Source: Candidatus Spyradocola sp. (GTDB lineage: Bacteria > Bacillota > Clostridia > Christensenellales > UBA1750). Taken from it: 64,000 bases of DNA. The position numbers and the translations under genes were made by a program. Of the stretch, positions 32,989-41,982 are shown one piece after another. The stretch lies in the NCBI GenBank assembly GCA_050942925.1, contig JBMNOF010000003.1:25314-89313 (forward strand). The letters run 5' to 3'. The notes beneath the pieces were generated by a model. That model worked only from the letters and a program-made list of their open reading frames with translations. It made no database searches and had not been told where the DNA came from. How positions within the stretch are numbered: the first letter of the stretch is position 1; each line of letters opens with the position of its first letter.

Positions 32989-34869
32989 TCATTCCCGCGC
33001 GCAGGGGAACTGCGCGATCCGCAGCGGCGCCTGTGCGTAGGGCACGAGCGCGATCTGCTCCACCTCTGCGCCGTTGCGCAGCGGACGCACGGGTGGGTCG
33101 TCCGCCGATCCGCCTTTTTCCGTCCACTGCGGGCAGCGGAAGGCCGAGCAGGTGATCCGCGCGCCCTCCGCCTCCACGGCAAAGCCGCGTTCCGGCATCA
33201 GGGCATAATTCCAGGGTCCCGCAGGCTCCGCCCAGCGGTCGCACAGGGGCAGCTCGCCCTTGTACTCCCACCGCGCCGGGATCGGCAGGGCGTAGAGCAC
33301 CGGCCCGCGGCAAACCGCGAGCGTCTGGTGATGCCACTTCTCCGTGCGCACGTCCATGGGCAGCGTCAAGTCGATCTCGTCGCCGTCCTGCCAGGTTCTC
33401 TCGATGCGGAGATACTCGCCCGCCACGCCGGAAAATCTCTCCTCGCCCACCTGCGCGCAAGCGCCCTGGGCCCAGCCCGGGATGCGCAGCCAGATCGGGA
33501 AGCGCTCCTCGCCCTCCATCTTCAGTCGGATGCGCACCCGCCCGCTCGTGGGGTAGTCGCCCTCCACCGTCAGGCGCACGCGGGTCTGCCCCACGCGCCA
33601 GATCACCTCGCACGGCGCATAGGATTGCGCCGCCAGGCCGCCGCCCCGCACCGCCATCCACAGGTGGGCGACAAACTTGGGGTAGCCCTGGTGCAGGTTC
33701 GCCGTGCAGCAGCCGAAGTTCGGCTCCAACCCAAACACGGTGGCGTCCGGGCCGTTGTTGTACCAGGCGCGCGGATAGCGGTCAATGCGGATCTGATTGA
33801 CCTGCTGGTCGTACTGGTGCGCCCAGCCGTCGGGCGAGAGCGCTGCAGGCAGCGCATTGTAGGCAATGCGCTCCCAGAGATCGCCGATGGAAGCCTCTCC
33901 GGTCATGGCCAGCACCCGCTCCAGGGAGTAGAGCGTTTCCACCACCGCGCAGGTCTCCGTGCCCTGCGAAGGGTTAGCGCCCGACAGATGCTCGTCCCCG
34001 GTGAACATGCCGTTGGCCACGCCGTGGTAGCGCTGGAGCTTCTCCCAGCCGGCGCGGAAGGCGTCCGCTTGCTTGGTGCCGCCGTGCAGCGCATGCTCGA
34101 CCTGCGGCGTCTTGAGCGCCATGGCCACGTTCACCACGTGCGTGCGCTGGTGAATCTGCCAAGCCTCCGACCACGGATCGGCGTCCGCCTTCAGGCACGG
34201 TTCGAGCTTGTCCCAGGGATGCGCGCGCTTCTGATCCTGCTCATCGGGGAAGTTGTGAAACAGGCGCGTCCAGTCCATGGACTGCTCCAAGATCTTATCG
34301 CAGAGCTTGAGCAAGCTGGCGCGGCCCGTGATGTCGTAGAGCCAAAGGATCACGTCCACGCAGTCGCCCGCCCGCGCGATGGCCCACAGCCCGAGGGGCT
34401 GCTCGTCCAACTTTCGGGCCATATACGCGCAGTACTTTGTCAAGAAGACCAGGATCTTTTTGTCGCCCGTGATGGAAAAGAACTGCTGCAAGGCCTTGAG
34501 CACGACCATGCGCGGCCACCAGTCGGGGTTGTCCCGCGGGCCGAAGAACCCCTCCTCGTCCTGAGAGGCGAGGATCCAGTCCACAAAGCGCCTGGCGGTT
34601 TTCTGCAGCTCCTCGTCCTCCAGCTGCCAGGCCAGGGGGATCAGGCCGTCCAGATAGTAGGGGCCGCGTTCCCAGTTTTCGCCTTTTCCGCCCATCCAGG
34701 CGCTGTCGCGCAAGCCGTCCCAAACGCGGGTGATTTGGCCGCCCAGCCCGTTGGCCTGCGCCCGCTCCGCCGCAAGAAGGTAGCCGCGCGGCTTTACGGC
34801 GCCGATGGGCAGGGGGGCAAAGGCATCGCGCGCCAGCGGCGCGCGATGGAAGATCGCCCTGTCAATCAT
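32989..34869 (-). CDS. glycoside hydrolase family 127-like (beta-L-arabinofuranosidase-type)
   Basis: Start trimmed to ATG 34869 (AAAGGAGAA RBS). GPYYLDGL, GTETCAVVE and LEPNFGCCTANLHQGYPKF match the Cys/Glu zinc-site motifs recalled for GH127/DUF1680. Confidence 0.7.
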   Translation of the reverse strand: MIDRAIFHRAPLARDAFAPLPIGAVKPRGYLLAAERAQANGLGGQITRVWDGLRDSAWMGGKGENWERGPYYLDGLIPLAWQLEDEELQKTARRFVDWILASQDEEGFFGPRDNPDWWPRMVVLKALQQFFSITGDKKILVFLTKYCAYMARKLDEQPLGLWAIARAGDCVDVILWLYDITGRASLLKLCDKILEQSMDWTRLFHNFPDEQDQKRAHPWDKLEPCLKADADPWSEAWQIHQRTHVVNVAMALKTPQVEHALHGGTKQADAFRAGWEKLQRYHGVANGMFTGDEHLSGANPSQGTETCAVVETLYSLERVLAMTGEASIGDLWERIAYNALPAALSPDGWAHQYDQQVNQIRIDRYPRAWYNNGPDATVFGLEPNFGCCTANLHQGYPKFVAHLWMAVRGGGLAAQSYAPCEVIWRVGQTRVRLTVEGDYPTSGRVRIRLKMEGEERFPIWLRIPGWAQGACAQVGEERFSGVAGEYLRIERTWQDGDEIDLTLPMDVRTEKWHHQTLAVCRGPVLYALPIPARWEYKGELPLCDRWAEPAGPWNYALMPERGFAVEAEGARITCSAFRCPQWTEKGGSADDPPVRPLRNGAEVEQIALVPYAQAPLRIAQFPCARE

Positions 34870-34999
34870 GTGGGAGTTCTCCTTTCTCCGAGGTGGGGGG
34901 AGAGCCGGCACTGTCTCCGGCGTCCTCCCTTTATCTTGCAATATTCTACCCTTTTCCCCTCCATTTCGCAAGCAATATTCCGGTAAAGTGCGATGCCGG

Positions 35000-35818
35000 T
35001 CATTCCGCCTGGACGGACGCGCGCAGCCGTTTCTCCCAAAGGGCAATGGCCAGGTACATCAGCGCCGCAAACAGGCACAGCACGGCCGTTCCGGCCATGA
35101 CCAGGTCGAGCTTAAACACCTGTCCGCCGTACACGATCAGGTACCCCAGGCCTGCGCGCGAGACGAGGAACTCGCCCACGATCACGCCGACCCACGTCAT
35201 GCCGATTCCGAGCTTGAGGGCGGAAACCGTGTTGGCCAACGCCCCGGGAAAGACCACCATCGTAAACGTCTGCAGCTTGCTCGCGCCAAAGGACCGAAGG
35301 AGCGTCAGCTTCTCCGGCTCCACCGCGAGGAAGCCGTTCAGCACTGTCACCAGCATCACGATGACCGAAACCAGCAGCGACATCGTGATAATGGCGGGCA
35401 TGCCCGCGCCGATCCAGACGATCAGCACAGGGCCCAACGCGATCTTCGGCAGGGCGTTGAGCACCACGAGATACGGGTCCAGGATCTTCGTGAGCGTGTC
35501 CGACCACCACAGGGCAATCGCCAGCGCAATTCCCAGGATCGATCCCAGGACAAAGCCCACGACCGTCTCCCACAGCGTCGTTCCCAAGTGCAGCCACAGC
35601 TCCCCTGTGGAGAGGAGCTCCCCGATCGTGGCTACCATCCTCGACGGACTCGAGAGCAGAAAGGCGTCGATCACCCCCACCCGCGCCAAGACTTCCCAGA
35701 GCAGCAAAAATCCCACGAGGATGCCGTACCGCGCCAGGGTAATGCCGCGCGCACGGCGCCGGCGCTGCCGTCTATAGCGCGCCTGTGCCGGGGATTCTGC
35801 CCGCATTTCATTGCACAT
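35000..35818 (-). CDS. ABC transporter permease (NitT/TauT-type)
   Basis: LLWEVLARVGVIDAFLLSSPSRM...LNALPKIALGPVLIVWIG...SFGASKLQTFTMVVFPGALA. Start uncertain among ATGs at 35824, 35818 and 35806. Confidence 0.75.
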   Translation of the reverse strand: MCNEMRAESPAQARYRRQRRRRARGITLARYGILVGFLLLWEVLARVGVIDAFLLSSPSRMVATIGELLSTGELWLHLGTTLWETVVGFVLGSILGIALAIALWWSDTLTKILDPYLVVLNALPKIALGPVLIVWIGAGMPAIITMSLLVSVIVMLVTVLNGFLAVEPEKLTLLRSFGASKLQTFTMVVFPGALANTVSALKLGIGMTWVGVIVGEFLVSRAGLGYLIVYGGQVFKLDLVMAGTAVLCLFAALMYLAIALWEKRLRASVQAE

Positions 35819-36575
35819 GTACATCCAGCTCCTTCCAAATGCGGTCAAAGTAGTCCTTAAACTCTGCGCTGCGCCGGCGCTCCATGGGCGAGCCGGGCAG
35901 ATCGATCCGGTGTTCGGACCGGATGGTGGCCGGCCGCCGGGTCAGCACCACGACGCGGTCTGCCATGGAGATGGCTTCGCTGACGTCGTGGGTCACGAGA
36001 ATGGTGGCGCGATCGCCCCCGGCCAACTGCTGCTTCACCTCGTCCGAAAGCTGGATGCGCGTCTGCGCGTCCAGCGCGGAAAACGGTTCGTCCAGCAGCA
36101 AAAAGTCCGGCTCCACCGCAAGCGTGCGCACCAGCGCAACCCGCTGCCGCATTCCGCCGGAGAGCTGGCCCGGCATGGCGTCCGCAAAGTCCGAAAGGCC
36201 GCAAGCCGCAAGCAGATCCTCCACGTGCTGGCGCTGCCGGGCCGAGGGCTGGCGCTGCCGCACGCGGATGCCCAGCAGCGCGTTTTCCCGCACCGTGAGC
36301 CAGGGAAACAGGTGGTCTCGCTGGAGCATGTAGCCCATGTGGAGTGGCGGCCGGCGAATCTCCTGTCCGCGCAGCGTCACGCGCCCACTGTCCGGCTGAA
36401 GCAGCCCGGAAGCCAGGGACAAGACCGTGGACTTTCCGCACCCGCTCGGCCCCAACAGCGCCAAAAACTCCCCGCTGTCCACCCGCAATGTAAAGTCGGA
36501 GAGCACTTCCGTCTCCCCGTTGTCGTCGTGATAACACATGGAAACCCGATCAAAAAACAGCAATGGCTGATCCAT
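35808..36575 (-). CDS. ABC transporter ATP-binding protein (NitT/TauT-type)
   Basis: Start trimmed to ATG 36575. Walker A GPSGCGKST, signature LSGGMRQRV, Walker B LLLDEPFSALD. Confidence 0.85.
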   Translation of the reverse strand: MDQPLLFFDRVSMCYHDDNGETEVLSDFTLRVDSGEFLALLGPSGCGKSTVLSLASGLLQPDSGRVTLRGQEIRRPPLHMGYMLQRDHLFPWLTVRENALLGIRVRQRQPSARQRQHVEDLLAACGLSDFADAMPGQLSGGMRQRVALVRTLAVEPDFLLLDEPFSALDAQTRIQLSDEVKQQLAGGDRATILVTHDVSEAISMADRVVVLTRRPATIRSEHRIDLPGSPMERRRSAEFKDYFDRIWKELDVHVQ

Positions 36576-36696
36576 TTTTATCCCCTTCCTTGTGCATGGG
36601 ACTCCGTACAGTGGACAGCATATGCGCCCGGGCTGCATGGTGTGAAAAAGCGCCCCCAGCGCGGAACTTCCGCACCGGGGGCGCTCTTTTTGCGGC

Positions 36697-38433
36697 TTAG
36701 GCGATGGCGCTGTTTTGGATTCGGTTCATGCGGGCGTAAATTCCGCCGCGCGCGACGAGTTCTTCGTGGGTGCCGGACTCCGCGATGCGCCCGTCCTGGA
36801 TGACCAGGATGAGGTCCGCGCTGCGGATGGTCGAGAGCCGGTGCGCGATGGCCAGGATCGTGCTCTTGCCCGCAATGGCGGAGATGGCCTTCTGGATCTG
36901 GCGCTCGGTTTCCACGTCCACGGAGGCGGTCGCCTCGTCCAGGATGATGATGGGGCTGGCGCGCAGGATCGCGCGGGCAATGGCCACGCGCTGCTTCTGT
37001 CCGCCGGAAAGGCGCAGGCCGCGCTCGCCAACGTGTGTTTCATAGCCCTCCGGCATGGCCTCGATGTCGTCGTGAATATTGGCCGCCCGGGCTGCGGCGA
37101 CGATCTCCTCGTGCGTGGCGTTGGGCTTGGCATAGCCAATGTTTTCCTCGATGGTGCCGTTAAAGAGGAAGGTATCCTGCAGGACCGGCGAGATGTTTCG
37201 CCGCAGGCTTTCCACCGTCACGTCCTGTATGTCCTGCCCGTCGATGCAGATTCGGCCGCTGGTCGGCTCGTAAAAGCGCGAAATGAGCTGCGTAAGCGTG
37301 GTCTTTCCCACGCCCGTGGGCCCAACGAGCGCCACCATCATGCCCGGCTTGCACGAAAAGCTGATGTCCTGCAAGACCGGCTCGCCCTCCTTGTAGGAGA
37401 AGGAGACGTGCTCAAACGAAATGGCACCCTGGGGATTTTGCAGGGGCTTGGCCCCCTTCTTGTCCTGAATGCGGGAAGGGGTATCCAGCACCATCATCAC
37501 GCGCTCGGCCCCGGCCATGGACTGCTGCATGTTCTCCAGCAGCGTCGCCAGGCCCGAAATCGGCGCATAGAAGAGGCTCAGGTACAGCACAAAGGAGACG
37601 ATGTCCTCCACGGAGAGATTCCCCTGGTAGGCCAGCAGCCCGCCAAAGGCCACGACCAGGATCGTGCCGATGGAAGAAAGGAACTCCACCGAAGGATGGA
37701 ACACCGCGCTGATCTTGAGGGCCTTGAGCATTGCGCGCACGTGATCGAAGTTTTTCTCGTCCACGCGCGTCGTCTCATAGCTCTCCTGCCCAAAGGACTG
37801 AATCTCGTGAATGCCGGAGAGATTGTCCTGCAATTTTCCGCTCAGTTCTCCCATCTTGCGCTGGGAGACGCGGAAGTACGGCCGCACCTTCTTGGCAAAG
37901 ATCACGCCGGAAATCAGGATGAGCGGGATCGGGAAGCAGGTGATGAGGGCGAGCTTCCAGTTGATGAACAGAAGGATCGCCAAAACCCCGAGGAAGGTCA
38001 CGACGTTCGTGATCATCTCCGGGATGATGTGCGCATAGAGCAGCTCAAAGTCGCGCGTGTCGTTGACCACGCGGCTCATCAGGTCGCCGGTCTGCTTGTC
38101 GTGGAAGAAACCCAGGTCCAATCTCTCGAGCTTGTCGTAGATCTTGGTGCGCAGATCCCCCACGAGATACCAGGCGGCCTTGTGCGCCAGGTAGTTGCTC
38201 AGGAACCGGAAGGCCACGCGCAGCAGGTACAGCGCGAGCAGGATCACCGTCAGCCAGCCAATCGCCGAAAGCGACGAATCGTCCATGCCCCGCTCCACGA
38301 TGCCGGTCATGGACGAAAGCACGCGCGGCGCCGCCAGGTTCACGGCCGTGAGCCCCAGCGTGGACAGGATCGCGACCACGTAGAGGTTTCTGTAGCGGAT
38401 CGCCTCGCGGCTCAGCCTCCACAAGAGTTTCAT
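36697..38433 (-). CDS. ABC exporter, fused permease/ATPase (MsbA/multidrug type)
   Basis: Start trimmed to ATG 38433. Six-TM N-terminal half, then GPTGVGKTT, LSGGQKQRVAIARA and IILDEATASVD. Confidence 0.85.
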   Translation of the reverse strand: MKLLWRLSREAIRYRNLYVVAILSTLGLTAVNLAAPRVLSSMTGIVERGMDDSSLSAIGWLTVILLALYLLRVAFRFLSNYLAHKAAWYLVGDLRTKIYDKLERLDLGFFHDKQTGDLMSRVVNDTRDFELLYAHIIPEMITNVVTFLGVLAILLFINWKLALITCFPIPLILISGVIFAKKVRPYFRVSQRKMGELSGKLQDNLSGIHEIQSFGQESYETTRVDEKNFDHVRAMLKALKISAVFHPSVEFLSSIGTILVVAFGGLLAYQGNLSVEDIVSFVLYLSLFYAPISGLATLLENMQQSMAGAERVMMVLDTPSRIQDKKGAKPLQNPQGAISFEHVSFSYKEGEPVLQDISFSCKPGMMVALVGPTGVGKTTLTQLISRFYEPTSGRICIDGQDIQDVTVESLRRNISPVLQDTFLFNGTIEENIGYAKPNATHEEIVAAARAANIHDDIEAMPEGYETHVGERGLRLSGGQKQRVAIARAILRASPIIILDEATASVDVETERQIQKAISAIAGKSTILAIAHRLSTIRSADLILVIQDGRIAESGTHEELVARGGIYARMNRIQNSAIA

Positions 38434-38483
38434 GTGCGCTTCACTCCCCTTTGTCTTTTTCGTTCTGGAAAAGGCCAATAGAA

Positions 38484-38517
38484 AGAAAAAAAGCTCGAAA
38501 GCCATTGCTTTCGAGCT
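38484..38517 (-). terminator. intrinsic terminator after the tRNA pair
   Basis: The minus strand reads AGCTCGAAAGcaatggCTTTCGAGCTTTTTTTCTTTC. Confidence 0.75.
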
Positions 38518-38519
38518 AC

Positions 38520-38595
38520 TGGCACCTCCAAGGGGATTCGAACCCCTGTTGCCGCCGTGAGAGGGCGGTGTCCTAGGCCACTAGACCATGGAGGC
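38520..38595 (-). tRNA. tRNA-Glu(CUC): tRNA-Glu (anticodon CUC)
   Basis: The reverse complement is GCCTCCATGGTCTAGTGGCCTAGGACACCGCCCTCTCACGGCGGCAACAGGGGTTCGAATCCCCTTGGAGGTGCCA. Anticodon loop CU-CUC-AC. Confidence 0.85.
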
Positions 38596-38603
38596 AAACA
38601 AGA

Positions 38604-38677
38604 TGGCAGCGGGACTAGGATTCGAACCTAGGCAATACGAGTCAGAGTCGTAGGTGCTACCGTTACACCATCCCGCT
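38604..38677 (-). tRNA. tRNA-Gln(CUG): tRNA-Gln (anticodon CUG)
   Basis: The reverse complement is AGCGGGATGGTGTAACGGTAGCACCTACGACTCTGACTCGTATTGCCTAGGTTCGAATCCTAGTCCCGCTGCCA. Anticodon loop CU-CUG-AC. Confidence 0.85.
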
Positions 38678-38715
38678 ATTTGCCGTGTCGACGCGTTGCC
38701 GTGTCAACGTTGATT

Positions 38716-38744
38716 ATTATAACAGGGGGCCCTCCGCTTGTCAA
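38716..38744 (-). promoter_or_regulatory. consensus sigma-70 promoter for the tRNA-Gln/tRNA-Glu operon
   Basis: The minus strand reads TTGACAagcggagggccccctgtTATAAT (17-nt spacer), about 40 nt upstream of tRNA-Gln. Confidence 0.7.
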
Positions 38745-39100
38745 CACCTTTTTTTCAGATTTTGCAATTTCTTTGGGCCTCATTTCCGGAGAAAAAAAGA
38801 AAAACCCCAAAGTGCCGCTCGCCCTATTTTGACACCTGCTACTCAAGCAGGGTGGTGCCCTGCGAACATCCGCTGCGGTCCACTGGCCGCCCGAAGGCGG
38901 GTGGCATGGCATTGGGGAGTCCGACGTGGGCTCCATTTAACGTCTGTAGGTTCAAAATCAGGACGTTACGCACACCCCAGGATTTCTTGGTTTTCATTAT
39001 AGCAACGTGTCCTACACTTTGTCAAGCGGACAAAAGCGGAAAGGAAGGCGGCCCCGCGTTTGGGCGGCGCTGCCTTCCTTTTTCTTCCGGGGCGCCCGCT

Positions 39101-39129
39101 TTGACGGCCGGGTCCGTCCCTGCTATACT
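39101..39129 (+). promoter_or_regulatory. candidate vanR-vanS promoter
   Basis: TTGACGgccgggtccgtccctgcTATACT (17-nt spacer), 32 nt upstream of the vanR ATG. Confidence 0.55.
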
Positions 39130-39160
39130 AGAGCCTGGGAAAGGGGGAACACAATCCGCC

Positions 39161-39859
39161 ATGAAAGAGAACATCCTGGTTGTGGACGACGAGACCGCCA
39201 TCGCAGACCTCGTGGGGGTATATCTTACAAACGAGGGCTACACGGTGTTCCCGTGCGGCACGGCGGAACAGGCGCTGCAAATCGTGGCGCGGGAGGAGCT
39301 CAGCCTCGCCATTCTGGACGTGATGCTGCCGGACATGGACGGGTTCACGCTCTGTCAGCGCATTCGGGAAACGCACTTCTTTCCCATCCTGATGCTGACC
39401 GCGCGCGGCGAGGACATGGACAAGATCACGGGCCTGACCCTGGGTGCGGACGATTACATCACCAAGCCCTTCAACCCACTGGAGCTCGTGGCGCGCGTCA
39501 AGACGCAGCTCCGGCGCTATCTGCGCTACAACGGCGGGGAAGGCGCCATGCCGGAGGATGAGATCGACATCCGCGGCCTGACCATTTCGCAGTCGCGGCA
39601 CCGCTGCACGCTCAACGGACAGGAGCTCAAGCTGACGCCCCTGGAGTTCCGCATCCTGTGGATGCTGTGCAAGCACTGCGGCAGCGTTGTATCCTCGGAG
39701 GCGCTCTTTGAGAGCGTTTGGGGCGAGAAGTATCTCGAGAACAACAACAATACCGTCATGGCGCACATCGCTCGCCTGCGCGAAAAGATGCGCGAGCCTG
39801 CGCGCCACCCGAAATTCATTCGGACCGTTTGGGGGGTGGGGTACACCATTGACCCGTGA
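39161..39859 (+). CDS. vanR: VanR-type OmpR-family response regulator
   Basis: Start trimmed to ATG 39161. MKENILVVDDETAIADLV...LAILDVMLPDMDGFTLCQRIRE...ILMLTARGEDMDKITGLTLGADDYITKPFNPLELVARV. The C-terminal winged helix is FIRTVWGVGYTI. Sits in a van operon. Confidence 0.8.
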   Translation: MKENILVVDDETAIADLVGVYLTNEGYTVFPCGTAEQALQIVAREELSLAILDVMLPDMDGFTLCQRIRETHFFPILMLTARGEDMDKITGLTLGADDYITKPFNPLELVARVKTQLRRYLRYNGGEGAMPEDEIDIRGLTISQSRHRCTLNGQELKLTPLEFRILWMLCKHCGSVVSSEALFESVWGEKYLENNNNTVMAHIARLREKMREPARHPKFIRTVWGVGYTIDP

Positions 39860-40982
39860 AAACAACCGTCGCCGCGCGAACCGCAAGGGCCTGCGCAGCC
39901 GGCTGACGCGCCGCATCGCCGCGCTGTACCTGCTGTCGCTGTTCGTATTCGTGTCCTTGGTACTGCTGTGCCTCTTCTTTAGCTGGCAGGTCTGCGCCTC
40001 CATCACCTGGTATCCGGACGACCCGCTCTACCGGATTCTCTCCCTTCTGCGGGACTACCTGCCGCTGACGCTCGGCGTGCCGCTGTTCCTGGGCTGGGCG
40101 ATCCTCACCTATGCGTTCATGGGCCTGCCCTTGCGCTACCTGGATGAAGTGATCGACGCCTCGGAGCAGCTCGTCTCCTCGCGCGAGCAGCCCATCTTCC
40201 TGAGCACGCCCTTGCAGGGCGTGCAGGAGGAGCTCAACCGCTTCCGGGAACAGGCCCTTTCCAGCGAGCGTGCCGCACAGGAAGCGGAGCAGCGCAAGAC
40301 CGAGCTGATCGTCTACCTTGCGCACGATCTCAAGACGCCGCTGACCAGCGTCATCGGATATTTGACGCTCCTTCGGGACGAGCCCAACCTCTCCCTGGAG
40401 TCGCGCGCCCGCTTCACGGGCATTGCGCTCTCCAAGGCCGAGCGCCTGGAGGACCTGATCAACGAGTTCTTTGACATCACGCGCTTTAGCCTGACGACGC
40501 TCACCCTGGAGCGGAAGACCATCCACTTCAGCCGCATGCTGGAGCAGATCGCCTTTGAATTCCGGCCCCTGCTTTCGGAGCGCAACCTGGAAATGGACCT
40601 GCAAATCCCGCCGGGGGAAACCGCGTTTCTGGACCCGGACAAGATGGAGCGGGTCCTGGACAACCTTCTGCGCAACGCGGCGCACTACGCCACGGCGGGC
40701 ACCAAAATCCGCCTATCCCTGCGCCGCCTGCCCGCGGGCCTGGAGATCCGGGTGGAAAACCAGGGAAAGACCATCCCCAAGGAAAAGCTGGACCACATCT
40801 TTGAGCGGTTCTTCCGCCTGGACGACGCGCGCTCCTCGGACACGGGCGGCGCAGGTCTTGGCCTTGCCATCGCCAAGGAGATCGTGGAGCAGCACGGCGG
40901 CACCATCGCCGCCGAGAGCCGGGAGGGGAGCATCGCCTTTACCGTCTTTCTTCCCCAGCGCCCCGAAAGCGCCCCCACGTGA
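39849..40982 (+). CDS. vanS: VanS-type sensor histidine kinase
   Basis: H-box AEQRKTELIVYLAHDLKTPLTSVIGYLTLLRDEP and ATP-lid RLDDARSSDTGGAGLGLAIAKEIVEQHGG closely track VanS sequences as I recall them. The start is taken as TTG 39849 (no in-frame ATG before the TM segments) and is uncertain. Confidence 0.75.
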   Translation: MTRENNRRRANRKGLRSRLTRRIAALYLLSLFVFVSLVLLCLFFSWQVCASITWYPDDPLYRILSLLRDYLPLTLGVPLFLGWAILTYAFMGLPLRYLDEVIDASEQLVSSREQPIFLSTPLQGVQEELNRFREQALSSERAAQEAEQRKTELIVYLAHDLKTPLTSVIGYLTLLRDEPNLSLESRARFTGIALSKAERLEDLINEFFDITRFSLTTLTLERKTIHFSRMLEQIAFEFRPLLSERNLEMDLQIPPGETAFLDPDKMERVLDNLLRNAAHYATAGTKIRLSLRRLPAGLEIRVENQGKTIPKEKLDHIFERFFRLDDARSSDTGGAGLGLAIAKEIVEQHGGTIAAESREGSIAFTVFLPQRPESAPT

Positions 40983-41052
40983 CCTTCAGAAAATCGCAAG
41001 AAATTCCTCACAAAACCACAAGGCTTTGGAAAGAAAGCGCGAAACCCTTTTT

Positions 41053-41098
41053 CGCCCCGTTCGACTACAATGGCAATGTCGAACGGGGCGGTTTTCGT
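41053..41098 (+). terminator. 13-bp-stem hairpin with T-tract between vanS and vanW
   Basis: CGCCCCGTTCGACtacaatggcaatGTCGAACGGGGCGgttttcgt. The loop contains TACAAT, so the hairpin may overlap the vanW-operon promoter. Confidence 0.55.
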
Positions 41099-41121
41099 AT
41101 GCGCCCCGGGAAAGGAGCACC

Positions 41122-41982
41122 ATGCGGAACTTTCGCCTCACCGAGCGCTTTCCGTTTCTCTTGCCGCTGCGCGTCTTTCAGCGGCGCCTCTTTTTCTACT
41201 TGCGAATGCGGTTGGACGGCCGCAGATACTGCCGCGCGCACAGCGCGCAGGATCTGCCCCACCTCGTCTACGCCTCCGCCTCGCCCCTCTACAACACCGA
41301 GACGGGCTTCCCCATGCTTTACCAGGAAAACAAGGTCCACAATCTGCGCCTTGCCGCCCAAAAACTCGACGGCTTGCTCCTCCGGCCAGGGGAAACCTTC
41401 TCCTTCTTTCGGAGCATCCGCGGCGCGGACCGAACCGAGCCCTACAAGGACGGCTTGACCGTCCTCAACGGCAAGCTCGTCCCCGCGCCGGGGGGCGGAA
41501 TGTGCCAGATGAGCAATCTGCTCTATTGGCTCTTCCTCCACGCGCCGCTGCGGGTCGTGGAGCGCCACGGGCATCGGGTGAAGGACTTCCCCGATCCCCC
41601 GAGCGACGCGCCGCACGGCGTGGACGCCACGCTGCACGAGGGCTGGCTGGACCTGAAGGTGCAAAACCCCACGGAAACCACCTATGAGATCCGCCTGGAC
41701 TTTGCGGGCGACCAGCTCATCGGCCGCTTGCTTTCGGACCGGGACGACGGCCTCGCCCTGGAGGTGCGCAACGGAGAGATCGCCTATGTGCGGCGCAAGG
41801 GCGAGATCTATGAGGAAGCCGACGTCCTGCGCCGCGTCCTGGACCGGCGCACGGGGGCGTGCCTGCGGGAGGAGAAGCTCTACCGCAACGTCTGCCGCGT
41901 GGGCTATGCGCTTGCGCCGGACACGCCCGTGCAGGAAGCGGATGGAGAGGGAAAAGGAGGAAACGAACCATGTCTCAACTGA
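41122..41982 (+). CDS. vanW: VanW-family protein
   Basis: Start ATG 41122 (GGAAAGGAG RBS). GETFSFFRSIRGADRTEPYKDG...GGGMCQMSNLLYWLFLHAPL is the VanW signature. Confidence 0.8.
   Translation: MRNFRLTERFPFLLPLRVFQRRLFFYLRMRLDGRRYCRAHSAQDLPHLVYASASPLYNTETGFPMLYQENKVHNLRLAAQKLDGLLLRPGETFSFFRSIRGADRTEPYKDGLTVLNGKLVPAPGGGMCQMSNLLYWLFLHAPLRVVERHGHRVKDFPDPPSDAPHGVDATLHEGWLDLKVQNPTETTYEIRLDFAGDQLIGRLLSDRDDGLALEVRNGEIAYVRRKGEIYEEADVLRRVLDRRTGACLREEKLYRNVCRVGYALAPDTPVQEADGEGKGGNEPCLN

Noticed and set aside
40555-41982. A 475-aa ORF suggesting a much larger VanW, and 38738..39859 suggesting a 373-aa VanR.
   Set aside because: The upstream extensions overlap vanS in another frame or cover non-coding DNA and look non-protein-like. 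Good RBS and ATG sites at 41122 and 39161 give normal-length proteins.
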